NCBI GenBank assembly: GCA_964035545.1
Contig: OZ037768.1
Coordinates: forward strand, 9,766,741 to 9,830,740
Direction of reading: 5' to 3'
DNA from: Bugula neritina
Taxonomy: Eukaryota > Animalia > Bryozoa
DNA length: 64,000 bases
Positions 38,984 through 53,900 of the stretch are shown here, in pieces. The first letter of the stretch is position 1. Each line of letters opens with the position of its first letter. The translations under genes were made by a program, and so were the position numbers. The notes below the pieces were generated by a model. The model did no database searches and was not told the origin of the DNA. It was given only the letters and a program-made list of their open reading frames with translations.

Positions 38984-41900
38984 ATGGCTGATGTGGACTC
39001 AAAGGCTGCTGAAAAAGCCAAAAAAGTAGCTGCAGCTAAAAAGAAGGTTAGGATTCGTATCACTTTCAGTATTTTGATTTTCAATTCTGTATTCAGTATT
39101 GTAATTCACTAATTGAGTTTGACTACAGACTAGTCAGTAGTCACTAGTGGCAGTGCGAGTCTGAGTGTCTAACTATGATTATGACTATGTGAATGTCTAT
39201 TCAGTTTCATAATGATATTGTCTATTGAGTATTGACTATCACTATGTCTAACCTGGTTAGAATTTTAACTGGAAATGAGTGTCACTTTGACTTTAACTTA
39301 CACTTACAGTTTGAGTTACACTCATAACACTGTTACTGTTAGTGTTAGACTTAGAGTTAGTGTTGCAGTAACATTTATTTTTATCTTTATCAGTTTAAGA
39401 CTAAGTGTAACTGTGACTGTGAGCTTGTAACTTGCAAGTGTGATTGTAAATCAAAATGTAAGACTAAATTTAAATTTAATGAGTCACGGATTGACTTACG
39501 AGACTCAGACTAAAACTAAAAGTTCAATAACTATAAGCTTTAGCAGTGAATGCATGATTTTGTAATTACTTTAGTTGTAGTACTTGGTCTGCATAATACT
39601 AATAGTAATTAATTATGTAATGTTATTTTGCTTTGAATTATTATTATTAATGATTTAATCTCACTATGAAAGTAATCATAATGGTAAGGAAACTCAAACT
39701 GCTCCTAGTCCTATTATTATAGCACCACTAATATTATTATTAATAAATGTTAACTACTAAATTTATTGAATTATTTCATGTTACACAAACTATAAGTATA
39801 GCTACCAGTTGCTAATTAAATTAGTAAACGTGGAAATATCAAAAGGAAGTGAAATTAATTAATAATCTTTAACACTAAGCCTAATAATTATGTTGACAAA
39901 AGTGTTGCTTTACTCTAAGTACAATTTCACAGCTTCTTGGCTATTGAAAACTATTACAGTCAATACTAAGTAGACAGATTGTTACCATAACAAAATTGAA
40001 ATTTAGCTCAATATGAAATTAAGATCTTAACTTTAAAACCGCCATTTATGGTTATAGGTTAATGGTTATTAAAATGAAAACTAACGTTATGCTTTGCTCA
40101 CTCAGTTATAAATTTATTTCCAGTGTTTTTATTTCCCATTCAGTTTCTGCTATATTCTTCTATATTGTGGCAGTAGGATTATTTAACCAAACTATTTGTG
40201 TTGTTGATGATTTATTTGCTGTTGCTATTAACAGCATCTAAACTTGTCATATTAAGTAAAATTAACAACAGTCATTGATTTAAATCATATACAGTTTAGG
40301 ATTAAATTAAAAGTGTTGTTTGCAAAAGACTTAACACTAAACACTCAAAATTGTAATTACATTGTAATGAGTCTAATTCATAAAAAGCATATTTAATGAT
40401 ATTTTGTTAACTAAATAAAATTAGGTTGTTACAAAATAGTGAGTTATAATCATAATATGCTAGAAATTGTAATCTCTAACCCTTGTAAGTAATGGCTAAA
40501 GTTTTTAATTGGTAGATGCAAGATATTCCATGGTAAATATTAGTGAATAAGTTTCAGCAAACTAAAGCAAAGTTGCAACATTTTTGTGAGATCAACCAAT
40601 GTACTATTATTAAGTGCCAAAGGGTAGAATTTACATTATACAACAGTTTTAGAATAGAAAATAGTATTACTATATGGATTCATGTTGTGAACTGCACTCT
40701 TAAGTTATATTATATATTTATTTAAACTGTTTTGCTCAATAGCTCAAAAAGAAGGCAGTTCACTATATGAAACTATATATTAGTGGTATTTGTATTCAAC
40801 CAAATAATAGACTTTCACATATATGCTAGGAGCTCCATGCTACAAAGGTGACATCATGCACTTTGAAACAATAAGCAATATAATTTGAATGTATAAGATT
40901 CTTGAAACCTTAGATTTTACTAATGTTTATTATTAGTATTGCTATTGTAAATTCAGGCATGCTTAATACAATAAAACAAATATTATTTTAGTTGGTTCAC
41001 TATAACAAATTCACAAGTATGAGAACATTACCAATATTTGTAGTGAGTAGCTGGTCAAAATTTAGTCTAGCTGAAAAAATAAGTTTATAGTTTATCTAAA
41101 GACATATAGCTGCTGAATTGCAGTTGTCCAAAATGTGTGTAGTTTGTTTGATGCTAAGCCAAGTAAATATCCACTGTTTTAGAATATAGCGCTTTTTAAG
41201 GGTTGTATGAAAATGCCACTAGCTGTTGGTTTAGTAATGACTTTTACAACTAACTTTTCTCTCGCCTAAAGATTATATGTCCGTTCAAATTTTGAGCCAA
41301 GTGTAGTCCACTAAAATTGCCCAAGTGTGGAGTAGATACTGTGTAACTAACTTTATGTTGTTACTTTGGCAGTTGGCGGCATATCGGAAGTCAAAGAAGC
41401 CTAAAGCTTCCTCTCCATTAGTAGAAGGAGATGAAATTTCAGACACAACTTCTGAAGCTTCCTATTCAGTGGTAAGAGACAGCTTCAACTGACTAAAACT
41501 TGCAACATTGTCAGCATTCTTAGGCTAATCTGATTTTCCTGATATTTAGAGACTATTGAAATAGTGTATTAAGTAAGACCAATTCTAAAGTTGAATCCTT
41601 GTAAACATTTTTCACTTTTGTTTTAAATGTTGATGAAAATTTTAGGCATATCAGCATTTAATGGGGATATTTTGTTATTCCTGTTTATTTGTTTTGTGTT
41701 CCAGTCGAGTGATGTAGCCTCTATCATTAGTGTTGATGATCGATCTACTCCTGTAAGTATAGCTGCTCGCAACTTAAAAGCTCTGCATAGCAATGTCAAC
41801 TCAGTACTCTATATACGTATGCATCCTGTACACTAATTGTAGATACGAACATAGATAATGACACCTTATTTATTTATTCAAACCCGGTTTCTAGTAATCT

Positions 41901-44900
41901 AATCTAATAGTTGGCCGGTACTGCAAGCAATGATAGAGGCTCTAATATCGGTTGCAAAATAACTGTTTGATTGGTTATTGTAAGTTGCTGCTCACCTACA
42001 TAGTCTTTTGCCTAAAAAGGTCATGTGTTTGCTGCCAATTGCGTAAACGTATATATGTGCTTGTTGAAAGTGGCAAATAGTTGGGCTAACATGTTGAACA
42101 ACCACTGTGTGCTGAATTAAGCCGACAATAGTTTTTACCGAAGGATTGTTTTTCTATCATATCCGCATTGTGTGTCTCTTTTTAGGTTCATTATAACTTT
42201 GCTAGTCAATACCATTGATTCTCATTACTTTTGATAAAGACAAATGATTGTAAAAATGCTTTTCAATAGCATTGATACTACAGCTAATATTGAGTGTTGT
42301 TACGTTGATTGATCTAACATAAGCTGTATAACCCAGTTAACAGTTGGATATAGAACTTAGTTCTACTTTTTATACACAACCTTCTGAATAAGTTTTGTAG
42401 CTTTACATTTACATAGACTAGAGGTCCATATGGATTATTGCCAATATTGTTGTGAGACACTCATTTGATGTGCATTTATGTCTCTTGCAGGACAATGAAA
42501 AGCTTGATGAAACCATTGTTAGACCAGAAGAGAGCAGCGCTCTGCAAAAACAACTTCAGGTCTGCTATAACCGAATGGCTGAACTTGAAGAGATGGTGGA
42601 TGGTGAGTAGAGAAGTGTTACGGCTTATATTGGTTTCTGTAACACAACAAGAAGAGTCTGTAGTGTTGGTTGATGAAGCCATTATTGTGTACGATGAACT
42701 GGTTTCTTACAATATCCTGTTTACTAACAGGCAAGTCGGCTGCTCTGGTTAGTTTAAGTGAAGAAAATGCAAGATTGTCTACCGAACTGTCATCATATAA
42801 ACAAAATGGTTCCGTAAACGGAGACACAACTCCTAACAAACCACATGAAAATGGAGATGGCATCGATGTGCAACAGCTTACTGCTCATGTAAGTTGTACT
42901 TTGTTGACTTTTTAAATTTTTTATATTTTCAATTCCCGTCTTGCTAAAAATAATTCATTGGTAGCAAAAATGATAAGCCTGCAGAAATTTTGCTTTTGAA
43001 TTCATATTTTTTATGGCCTTGAGATTTGAATTGAAGCTGATTTATACGAATATGAGATTAAGGTTCCAGATTTGCAATACTGATGTAGTTAATCAAATGT
43101 CTTGTCTGCTTACAGCTGCAGCAGTATCGGGCTGCCGTGGCACAGAGAGACCAGGCGCTGCAGCAGCTGCTCGAGCAGAACCGGCTGTTGCAGGAACAAA
43201 ACCGGCAACTGCAGACGCCCAGTCGGAGTGCCAGTGAAGACGGGCTCGACTATGCGGCTGAAACGGAGTCATTGAAGATGCGAGTGTCCTTACTGAGTGA
43301 GCAGCTGGAACAGGTGAGGCTGTAAATTTACTCACTTGTGTCTGGATATGTGTTCTATAATAATGAAGCTGTGTTGCTTGTAGAGCTGCTAATAGTGTTT
43401 ATGTTGCAGCTGCATAGCATACGAGTCCTTAGTTACAGCATCATCTTAGCTAAACAAGCTCATATCTATCCAATGTAAATAATGTCCATTTGTTGTTTGC
43501 TCATTGTGAACTTATAATATATTTTCAAATGATAGAAGGTTTGTATGCTGGATTGGCTAAGTTTATGTTGATGTAGTTTATAAGTTATTGATCATAAAGG
43601 TGTTATGCCTAGTGGCTGTCTAAGATGTTTGGTAACAAATAATAGGCATTTGTTGATAAACAAGCTGAATTAACTGTACTGTCAACTATGCTACTTTGCT
43701 AGTTTGTAATATTTCAGAAATGCTTCTATTCAAAACTTGATGCATGCTTGGCAGGATAGCAAGCTCTATATTTCTGAATGTATTGATGCAATATATTTAC
43801 CTCTTATCAAGTTGTTTAAAACTGAAAATGATCACCCAAAGCATCATATTCATATTAATAATGTTTTCGAATAGCCTTTGTAAATATAAAAATTTGTATC
43901 AGAAAATTGTGACTAAAAGAAATAGTCGTTACTGCTGTTTTCTTCAATAACTGTCAAATAAAATAAACATTATCTAGAAACTGTGATTAAAAATTGATCC
44001 AGCAAATTGAAAGTGGCTTAAAGTTGATTCTATTGGAATTTTTTATGAGAAATGGTGCTGTTTTTGCATCTTAAAACTGGGTTACAGTGTTTTTCTGAGA
44101 ATGTTTCCATGAACTCTTGCCAATATCCTCGTATTCTATAAATTTGATGGCTTTTATCCTTTTTAGCAGAGAAAATTATTGTGCTGTTGGAATGTCATTG
44201 TCTGATGTTCCATAATTCAGATTGCTGGTCTTCTTTCTCATTTATATGTTTCAATGTATTCTAAATCCGCTATTTCTTTTCTACATTATAATTGTATTCG
44301 TGTTTCAATAAAGGATAAAATTCCTAAGTATATATTTTATCATTTCAAAGGCTAATGCTACTTTGGCGAGGCAGTCAGCTCCTTCCCCACAGCCCATTCT
44401 CGATGCTAAAGAAGAGATTATATCTCTACAGCAGACACTGGCTGCGCAAGAGCAGGCGCTCCTGCACCTTAAGTCGGTTGTATCCGAGAGAGATAGAGAG
44501 TTGGACCTCCTTAAGGTTAGTCCACTCCTTTTTCTTAGCTGTGATTGCTTGAATTATGCAAAACATGAAGGAAAATATTATTGGTATGCTGTTAAATGGT
44601 GTCTTTTCTGAGGCAGTTATGTAACTTGTGTTTCTTATTCTCACAGTCCGACATCACCGAGAAGGACTTGTCAATACAGGCACTTGGTGTAAAGATATCC
44701 AAGAAGTCAGAGGCCTTGAGTGAACTTACCGAGGAGCTAGATCTCTTTAAAGCTAAAGATAGTGAGAATATGTTGATTATAAATGAGCTGAAGAATGGTC
44801 AATCTAAATCTCCCGATGCTGCCGGTAGTGACGCTGACAGCGTAGGTGAGTTTAGTGAATCATCTGGTTTCTCACTTTTCTGGAGCTTAATATTGCGGTT

Positions 44901-47900
44901 TACTGTAGCTTTTGGTCCTTCAATTACTTTTGAATAAAATATGGAAGAAATACTAATGTTTATCAAGGTGTATATGGTTTCCAGCAGGGTTGGGGTCAAT
45001 TACATATGGATATAATTAATTACAATTACATGAGAATTTGTCAATTACAATTACAATTATAATTACAGTTGAAATAAATGTAATTTACAATTACATTGTA
45101 ATGTAATTAATTACAAATACTTTTGTTGTCACAAGAGACAAATAAAAATTATATAATCTCACTTCTGGGGTCCAACTACCCAGGGCAATTTTGACAACGG
45201 AAAACCTTCCTTGTTCTCACCAGTAACGAATAGGGTGATAAATACGACATTAAATTAATCTGAACTTTTTATTAAACAGTAGGCAAGGCAGGAAAAATAT
45301 GAATTTTATAAGATTTTAAAATTTGAAGTAATTGTTATGTAATTATAAAGTAATTGTGAAATTCAATTACATTAGCACTGTAATTAATTACAATTACATT
45401 TTTATACACCAACTACAAATTACATTCAATTACATGAAAAATATAATTAACTACAACCAATCAAAATTACCCCAACCCTGGTTCCCAAATTGTAATAATT
45501 GATCAATTAATGTTGATAATTATTTTGTAGCCTCAGGGGCCTTTTCTGAAGAAGAAGTGGAAGAGAAGCAGCAAGCACTGCGTGACATGTTGGATGAGCA
45601 GTTTGGCCAAAACATGATGGCTATGAAGGAATCTATGAGTAGAAGTCATGAAGAGAATCAGAATGCATTGAAGAAAGAGCTCGAGTTGGCAAGGGAACGG
45701 GTAATGGTCTCATATTTTACATGAATGTTAAAATTCACTTGCATTTTCCTAGCTTTAGTTTTTGTTTAGAAATCAAAATATTAAATGTCAGGAAAATATC
45801 AATCTGATTTTGTTTTCAGATTACCAACTGGGAAACTTGGGGTAAGAACGCACAGTTGCAATTTCAGCAACAGCTGCAGCAGCAGTTGGCAGCTCTAAAC
45901 CACCAGCTTGTTGAGAAACATAAAGCTGAGTTGGAGCAAGCTAGTGCTGCTGTCAACGGAATTGTTGCTCATGTAAGTATTGCTATATGGTGTTCCTTAC
46001 TCTGTTCATGGTTAGCGGTGCTTTCTTCACTAAACATAGGACTGCTGTGTACACCACATATCAGCATTTTGTTGTTTTGCCTATCAAAAGACGCGCTGTT
46101 GGCATATTATACTTTTAGTAAAATGTATCTTGTTACTAGGATACATCGGATGATGAAATTGAAAGGTTGAGGTCTCAACATGAAGAAGAAATGAAAGTTC
46201 TGGTAGATACTGCTGAGGAGGAAGCCAACAGTCTAAAAGATCGAATTGCTCAACTTGAAGACACATTGAAACAATCTGCACCTCCTACTGATGACGATAT
46301 TGACACAACGCAGGTTAGTGGTGACCCAAATATGTAATGTTTTAAACTAAGTAGCTGCTAGATGTAGTGTAAACTAAAGGTCTGTTAATATAAAGAATTT
46401 TTAGTTTGTTTAGTAAAATAGATGACAGTTGTGAGTCTTCATTTCATTGATCGGTGTAGTTGAGATGTATGTTTATGCATATTTAACTGCATGATGCGTT
46501 GTAGAGATCTCAGGAATTACTAAATCTCAAAGAAAGTCTTACTGAAGCCATGTCACAGTTGGAAGAGCTGAAGCGAATGTACCAGTCTTCTCAAGACCAA
46601 GTTACTGCCTCTTTGAAAAGAGAGCAGGATATGAGTGATGAAATAGCTCAGGTATCGAGTGATGAGTAATTCCATACAGTTCATTTGACTATTTATGTTT
46701 GCTATGTTATCTGCTTGAATTCAAATTTCAGTTCTACATATTTCTCTGCTTTCTTTCTACATAGAGCATTGACTTGACTTACTACAGTTGATTGATTTTA
46801 ATACTTATTTCTATTGCAGTTGTCACAGAAGGTTAACGGCCTTCAGGATGAAAAAGAAGCATTTCAAAGTCAAGTCTCACGGTTATCCAGTTTTCAAGAT
46901 AGAATTGCATCAGAAAAAGACAGTCTTATATCTCAACTGAATTTGCTGAATTCCGAGTTAGATCAGCTTCAGGGAGCTAATAGTGAAATGTCTAGCGAAG
47001 TCGAATCTCTTAGAGAGAGATGTGCTCAGCTCGCCTCGACCAGTGAACAGCTCGAACACTCAAACAAAGAAGCCGAAGCGTTGAACAGTCAACACGTAGA
47101 GAAAATCCATTCTCTGGAAAATGAAAATACTGAAATCAAAGCTGATTTAGAGGCCTTAAAATCGCAATCTACCCAGCAACAGGACGCACAGAATGACGCC
47201 ACCGAACTAGTGAAACAGGAAAAAGATAGTCTGCAGTTAGAAGTTGATGAATTGAGATCACAGAATAACTCTTTGTTGGCACAGGTGGAGGATATTCAGT
47301 GTAAATCAAAGGAAATCGAGGACAGGCAGCTAAATGAGGCAGCGAAAGTTAAACAAGAAAGAGATAATCTGCAGTCAGAGTTAGATGGCTTAAAGTTACA
47401 GAATGAATCTCTACAGAAGCAATTTGAAGATGCCCAACACACTGCCAATGAAATGGAGGGAAAACAGCAAAATGATGTAGCACAGGTGAAACTTGAAAAT
47501 AAGAATCTGCAGTCAGAGTTTGACAGGCTACAATTGCTGAATGCATCTCTTTCAACACAAGTTGAGGATATTCAGTGTTCTGCTAGGGACACAGAAAGTG
47601 AGCTACAAGAGCAAATATCCCAGCTAACACATGCCAATAGTAGTTTGCAAACTGATTTATCCACACTAAAAGAGCAAGTAGCGTTTGAAAACGAAAAGTT
47701 ATCAACTAATGAAAATTTGGCTGAAGAATTAGATATTTTAAAACAAAATAATTCTGAGCTAATGAAGCAATTGGGTGAGGTCAGAGCAAACAATGACAGC
47801 CTAATTTCACAGACCTCTACTCTGGAAAATCTACAGACGCAGTTGGAGTCGGTGCAAGCTGCGTATGAACAGACTCTAAAAGACATTGACGACACTAAAA

Positions 47901-50900
47901 AAGAACAGACTAAATTGTCTGAAGCTTTTGATAGTAAATCAAAGGAATGCGAACAGGTCTCGGCTAAATATGAAGAAGCTTTTATGGCACTTGAGGATAA
48001 ATCGAAACAACTTGCATTGTCATCGGAAGAAGTAACTAACCTTACATCTGAATTAAAGGAGGTTAAACTTGCTTATGAGCAGGTGTCAAATCAGCATGAA
48101 GAAACTTCGAATGAGCTGAAAAACACATCTAAATTACTTGAGGAAAAAGCAAGTCAACTTGAGAAGGTGACAAATGATTTGACTAATGTTACTAGCGAGA
48201 TGGACCAAACTACTCGTGCTTATGAGCTGTTGTCTTCACAGCAAACTGACATATCTAATCATCTCCAGCAGACATCCAAACAGCTTGATGAAAAGTCCAG
48301 TGAGCTGGAAAATGCTTTAAAAGAACTCGAAAAAGTATCCGAAGACTTGCTGACTGCTAAAAATATCTCGCAACTCGCATCTGATCAATATCAAAGCAAA
48401 TGTGAAGAATTCACTGCAGTGTCTTCTGAACTTGAAAAGGTTTCCAAGGGAAACCAACTGTTGCAGGAGGAAAAGCTGCGTCAGCTGCAAGAGTTGGCTA
48501 GCAGTGACGCTGTGCGAGATGAACTGAACGCCCTCACTTCTGAAAATCAGAGTCTAAAAGAGCAGCTTGCAGAGCATGGTAAACTAGTCAAGAATTTTGA
48601 CCATTTAAAAGCAGATTTAGAAACAGCCAACGAGAATATTTCCAAAACCTCTGCTGCTCTCGAGTTAGCTAATGAAAAGCTGCTGGATCATGACAGGGTC
48701 ACTTCAAACCTTGAAAGTCTTACTGCCCAAACATCAGAACTAAAAGAGAGGCTGGATACTTCAAATAATTCTTTGGATGATGCTCAAAAACGTAACCAGT
48801 CTCTTGTAGATGAACTTTCGGAAGCAAAAGCAACTGCTCAGAATTATGAACAAGAGTGTAGTCAGCTGTCAGCTGCTCTCGAAGAGCTTAAATCTTCTAG
48901 TCAAACTGCTTTCGGTGATCTCAAGAATAATACGGAAATTACGATAAAAGACTTGCAAGATAGAATAACCAAGTTGCAGGATGAAAATGCGTCTCTTGCT
49001 CAAACTAGTCAATTAGAAACTGCTGAGTATGAGGAGAAGTTAGCTAAACACAGAGAAGAGATTGCTGATCACCTGCGGCAGCTTGAACAGACAAAAACAG
49101 AATTGGCAGAGACGAGGCAGCAATCTGCACTTAAGGCTGATGAGCTCACCCATTCCTTTGATGAAGAAGTCATGCTGCTCAACTTTCAAATCAAAGATCT
49201 ACAAGCTAAGTTAGAGGATGCCAAGTCTGCAGATCGTCAAAATTTCCAAGATGATGTAAGATTTTATGTAGTTGTATCAGTGTATTTTTTGTCTTTTATG
49301 CTTACTGTTTTTATTTATCATTTGCATTGACTTGTTTTGACTGTATATTTGGATTTATAGATTAACGTTGCCGTTCAACAAGCTCTGAGAGATCAGAAAG
49401 CTCAACTTTCTGTTGAATATGAAGATTTGATTGCCAAAGTCAAGGAGGAGAGTGGTAAAGATATTGAAATGGAGCGAAAACGAGTAGAGATTTCCTATGA
49501 ACAGAAGTAAGGCTTTGTTTGCACGCTTTGCTTTTGCTTAAAATTCTTGATTATTTTTAGTTTCTGTATCTGTTATTTCATGTAAATGTGAACTTTCTTT
49601 TTAATAATATTAATTTAAAAATCTTTACTGACAATGTAGATTTATAAAGCAAATGCAAGATATGAAGACTGAGTTTGAGAAGCAGAAGGATAAGGAGCTG
49701 AACGAGTTGCAGCAAGCTTTAACTAGAGACATGACTGGACAACTCCAAACTGCTTATAATACCATTCAGGTTTCTGTTCCAGTGATAACTACTAGTGCTT
49801 GTAGTATGAATAGTTGGTTGTTACTTATGATCACTCTACAGCTGAGGTTCTTATTTGTCGTACCTAGCTCCAGATCTGAGTACAATATCACTGCTTTGCA
49901 ATTTTGTCACCAATGGCTAATAGAATTCCATTTTTCTGACACTTTCATAGTGGGTTTTATAAAATTGAAATGTTAACTTGTTTAAAAAAAGCTTGTTTAA
50001 CGGAGGTGGTCATCTTTTACTTGGTGTTTGGAATGGAGTGTTTAGAATTAGTAAGACACGTCATTGTTTCCTTGATGAGTTACGCTGTACGCTATTATTA
50101 CTCGTGTGACTTAGGAGAAGGAAAGAATGCTGGCCACTTTGAATAAGGAGTTGTCCCAGGCTCAGGATGTGAATGAGAGACTGAGCGAAGAGACAATGGC
50201 GTTGGAAGAGTTACGGAGAGATAAGGAGAATATGCAGGCTCAACTAGACAAAGTGCAAGGAGAGCTGGAAGATTTCGACCGTGTCTCGTCGCCTACAGTT
50301 TTAGCTGATCAGGTATATAATCTATTTTCTCCTGGGGAACTAAGATTACAGATTTTAAAAACTGTGTGCAGAGTTACTCTCTCATTGCTATTGTAGAACA
50401 TTAACAAAGAGAAATGTTGGTGTTTTACAGATGTTCAGCAGTTGAATGCTTCTTGTTGTATTTGCACTATATTGTAATATAATAATAAAAGTTTATTTTT
50501 GTTTCTAAAGTATCCGTCCCTGTGATAACCCCTGTTAATAAGGGTTGTTTCTACTGTCACAGAATAGTAGTTCGCACTTAACTTGTAGAAGTTCAGTCAA
50601 GCTCAGTCCAATAAATACTTGCACTGTATTAGCTTGTTAGAATAGAATAGATTTTCTTATAGTATACTACTATGAAGGGACAAGGCTGTGTGGTATTGCA
50701 CAATAATGACCACCAGTATTCACTAGGTTAAGTGTACCAGATGTTGTGTCATATACATTGTGCTGTTCTTATACAAGTACTGTGTCATGTTGTGGTAGGA
50801 GAGACTACTGAGAGAGAACCCTACTATGACCGACCAGGTTGAGGACTCTGGCAAGTACCAGAGTCTAGTTGATGAGAATGAACAGCTGAGGGTTCACATT

Positions 50901-53900
50901 GAACAGTTCAGGGAGTCCGATGCTGGAAAACTCAAGATTGATAATGAACAGGTAGGCTAATTTCACCTGGAACTCTTGTAGCCAACTTAGGCACTTTGTT
51001 GGCATTGACACGTCTGTTTAACAAATACATAGACTGGTTATTGTTCAACATTTTCAAACATTTAAAACATTTTCCAAATGGAAACTCAAAATTAAAAAAA
51101 CTTTTTAAATGTTGCTATTTCTTTGAGTTGTCCAATCCTGTGTTATACAAGAATGGTATATTTTCAGTCACCCAGTCTAGGCTCTCCCACATTTAAAACA
51201 AACCAAAACTGGTTCCTTAACCTGTTTTTTTATCTGATTTAGTGTATACATTTCACTCAATGCCGCTAGTTTTTTATTGAAATACTCAACATCTTGTCCA
51301 CGCTGTCAGTTTATTGGAACTTGTTGTAGTTGAAACAGGAGAACCAGGCTCTGAGGGGACAACTCGATAGCTCGTTGATACCAGACAGAGGCTCGTCGTT
51401 TGAGACTGCGGAATCCAGTACTGAGGAGATTGACGCTCTCAAGGTATCTTCATATCCGCTAGTTTCTTGAAGCTTTAACCATGTGCTAAATGATTATCTG
51501 CTGTAAAATGTGTGTATAATTTGAAGTTGTTTGATAATAACACTGTCTTGTATTCTCTGTACAGTTTACAGTAATTTCTGGTCACTGTAATGTATCTTTT
51601 ATATAGAATGAGATCAACACTTTCAATTGTTTATGTTGCAGCAAGCCCTAATCAACTCCAATCAAACAGGGCAGGAGATTGCTGAAAGATATAAAGCTTT
51701 ACATTCCCAATACACACAAATGGAGGAGCACTACAAGCAAGCGCTTGTGGCTGGTGCTTCTGCAAACAACGAGATTCTATCTCAGGAAGTGAAAACCCTC
51801 TCTGAAAGTTGCAAAAATTATGAAGCCAGAATAGAAAAACTCCTGCAGGACATGGAGGTTTTGAGAGCAGAGAGAGACACTACTCAGAGGGAGTTAGAAT
51901 CTGCCAATGAGCAGTTGACAGCCACACCAGACACATTCCAGATGTCTCAGGACAATCCTGAGCCACAAGTTCCAACAGAGAGTAGTGATATGCTGCAGAC
52001 TAAGGTGTTGCAGCTGCAAGGCCTGCTTGATGTTAGCAACGCAGACATGCAGAGAGAGAAAGAAGCTCATTCTTCTACGCAGAATGAGCTGGAAACTCAA
52101 AGGAAAGAGCTGAGTTTACTGAGTCAGACTGTTGAAGATTTGCGTGAAAAACTTGTTGATGCTGAGCGAAGACTGCAACAGCCTGTTCACGAGGTAATTG
52201 TCCAATCACATTCCACACCTGTACATGCCAGAAGTAATCTTTCCAGGGACAGCGTTGAGCTGTATGAAACGTCGCAGCAACGACCCCAAGAGCTGTCGGA
52301 CGATGTGTCCAAGTTGAGAGAGGATATGAATAGCTTGCAGGAGCAGTATAACAAAGACACAACTGCTCTGAAGCACGATTTGGATGAAGAGCGTAAAAAT
52401 GTTGAGGAACTTAGGCAAGAGATGCGCAACTCTCTCAATTCATCCACTCAATCTGTAGACGCATCCTATTTAGCCAATTTGACGGACATTATTGCTAACT
52501 TACAAGCCACCAATGATAAACTGAATTCTGAGAAACAGGATCTGAACAAGCATCTGATGGAGCAAGAGAAGCTTTGCCAGAAACTTCATGAAAGAATTGG
52601 TGCCTCGGAAGCTCTCTCTAATGGTGTTCAAGAAAGCTACTCCAAGCAGCTAGCCGCTGCACAGGCACAGCGAGACAAGATCCTGCAACAGCTGGAGGAG
52701 GCTTGCAAGGTCAATGACCAGGTGACTCATCTCGTGACTGAACGTAATGCTCTGCAGCAGGAAAGATCTGATGTGAAAGAGAAGCTGCGTGAGCGAGACG
52801 ACTTAGAACTTGAGCTGCTGAAAATGAAAGCACAATTGGACAGCCTCACTCATTCCCATAATAAGATGTCAGAAAATTTAGCTGAAAAAGATCAAGCTGG
52901 GCTCGAGTTGAGTCGGCGCAATGCTATTCTGGAGTCTGCTGTCCAGCAGATGGAGATGAAATTGAAGCAAAGTGAAGAGGCTTTTGTAAGTGAACGTCAG
53001 CTTGCTCGAGAAAGAAAAGATGAAACCGCTCTTGCTTTGAAAACTAAATCGGAGGTTGAGAGAAAGTTTGGTGAGGAAAAGGCCTCATTACGCAGTAAGC
53101 TTACAGTTGAGCTGCAGCAGACCCGAGCCGCTTGTGAGAAGAACCATTTGCTCCAGATTCGACAGGAACGGTTGGATGCTGAAGAGAAATATACGCAGGC
53201 GATTGCTAAACTTCGACAAGATTTAGCTGAAGAGTCGAGGCGCAAGGTGGAGAGTCTTAAGACACAGCATACATCTCAACTAAGTCAGCTAGAGAGTCAG
53301 CATAAAAAGCAGGTGTGCTTTACTAGCTCAAGTTAGCAATATTTTCTATTGTTTTCTATCTACTTAATTCTTTGTACTGTTTGTTAGGCGTTTGTTAGAT
53401 TTTATTCACATATTTGAACTTTTAATGTTTTTGAGAAATTTTTCTATTGTTTGTGATACTGATAACATATTTGCCCCAATGTTTCTATATTATAGCTTAT
53501 TCATTAACTTGTTGCTATTTATTATAATTTAATTGAAAAATAAGATTGATTGATGTGTATTTTCTCAGACTATCCATGTACATGCAGTCATGGTGTTGGA
53601 TCTATAAATTAGTTGCCTAGATTTGTTGGTGTTTCATAAAGTTTGCAATTGCTTGGTGCTTACCTATTCTCTACCTGTCGCTATTTATACTTGGTTTACT
53701 CATTGCTATTTTGTCTGTTCAATCTCTGTCTATCACCTAACATAACTTGGTTGAAGCCTGGGTTTTATTTCGTAGTTATACCAAAACAATGATGATAGCC
53801 AGTATGCTTGGTTTTGTAGCTTGGGTTTTCACAATAAATGTAAATCGAACTGTTTTAACGAACTAAGATGATCCAGGCTACTTCAAGTTTTGTTTTCCTA

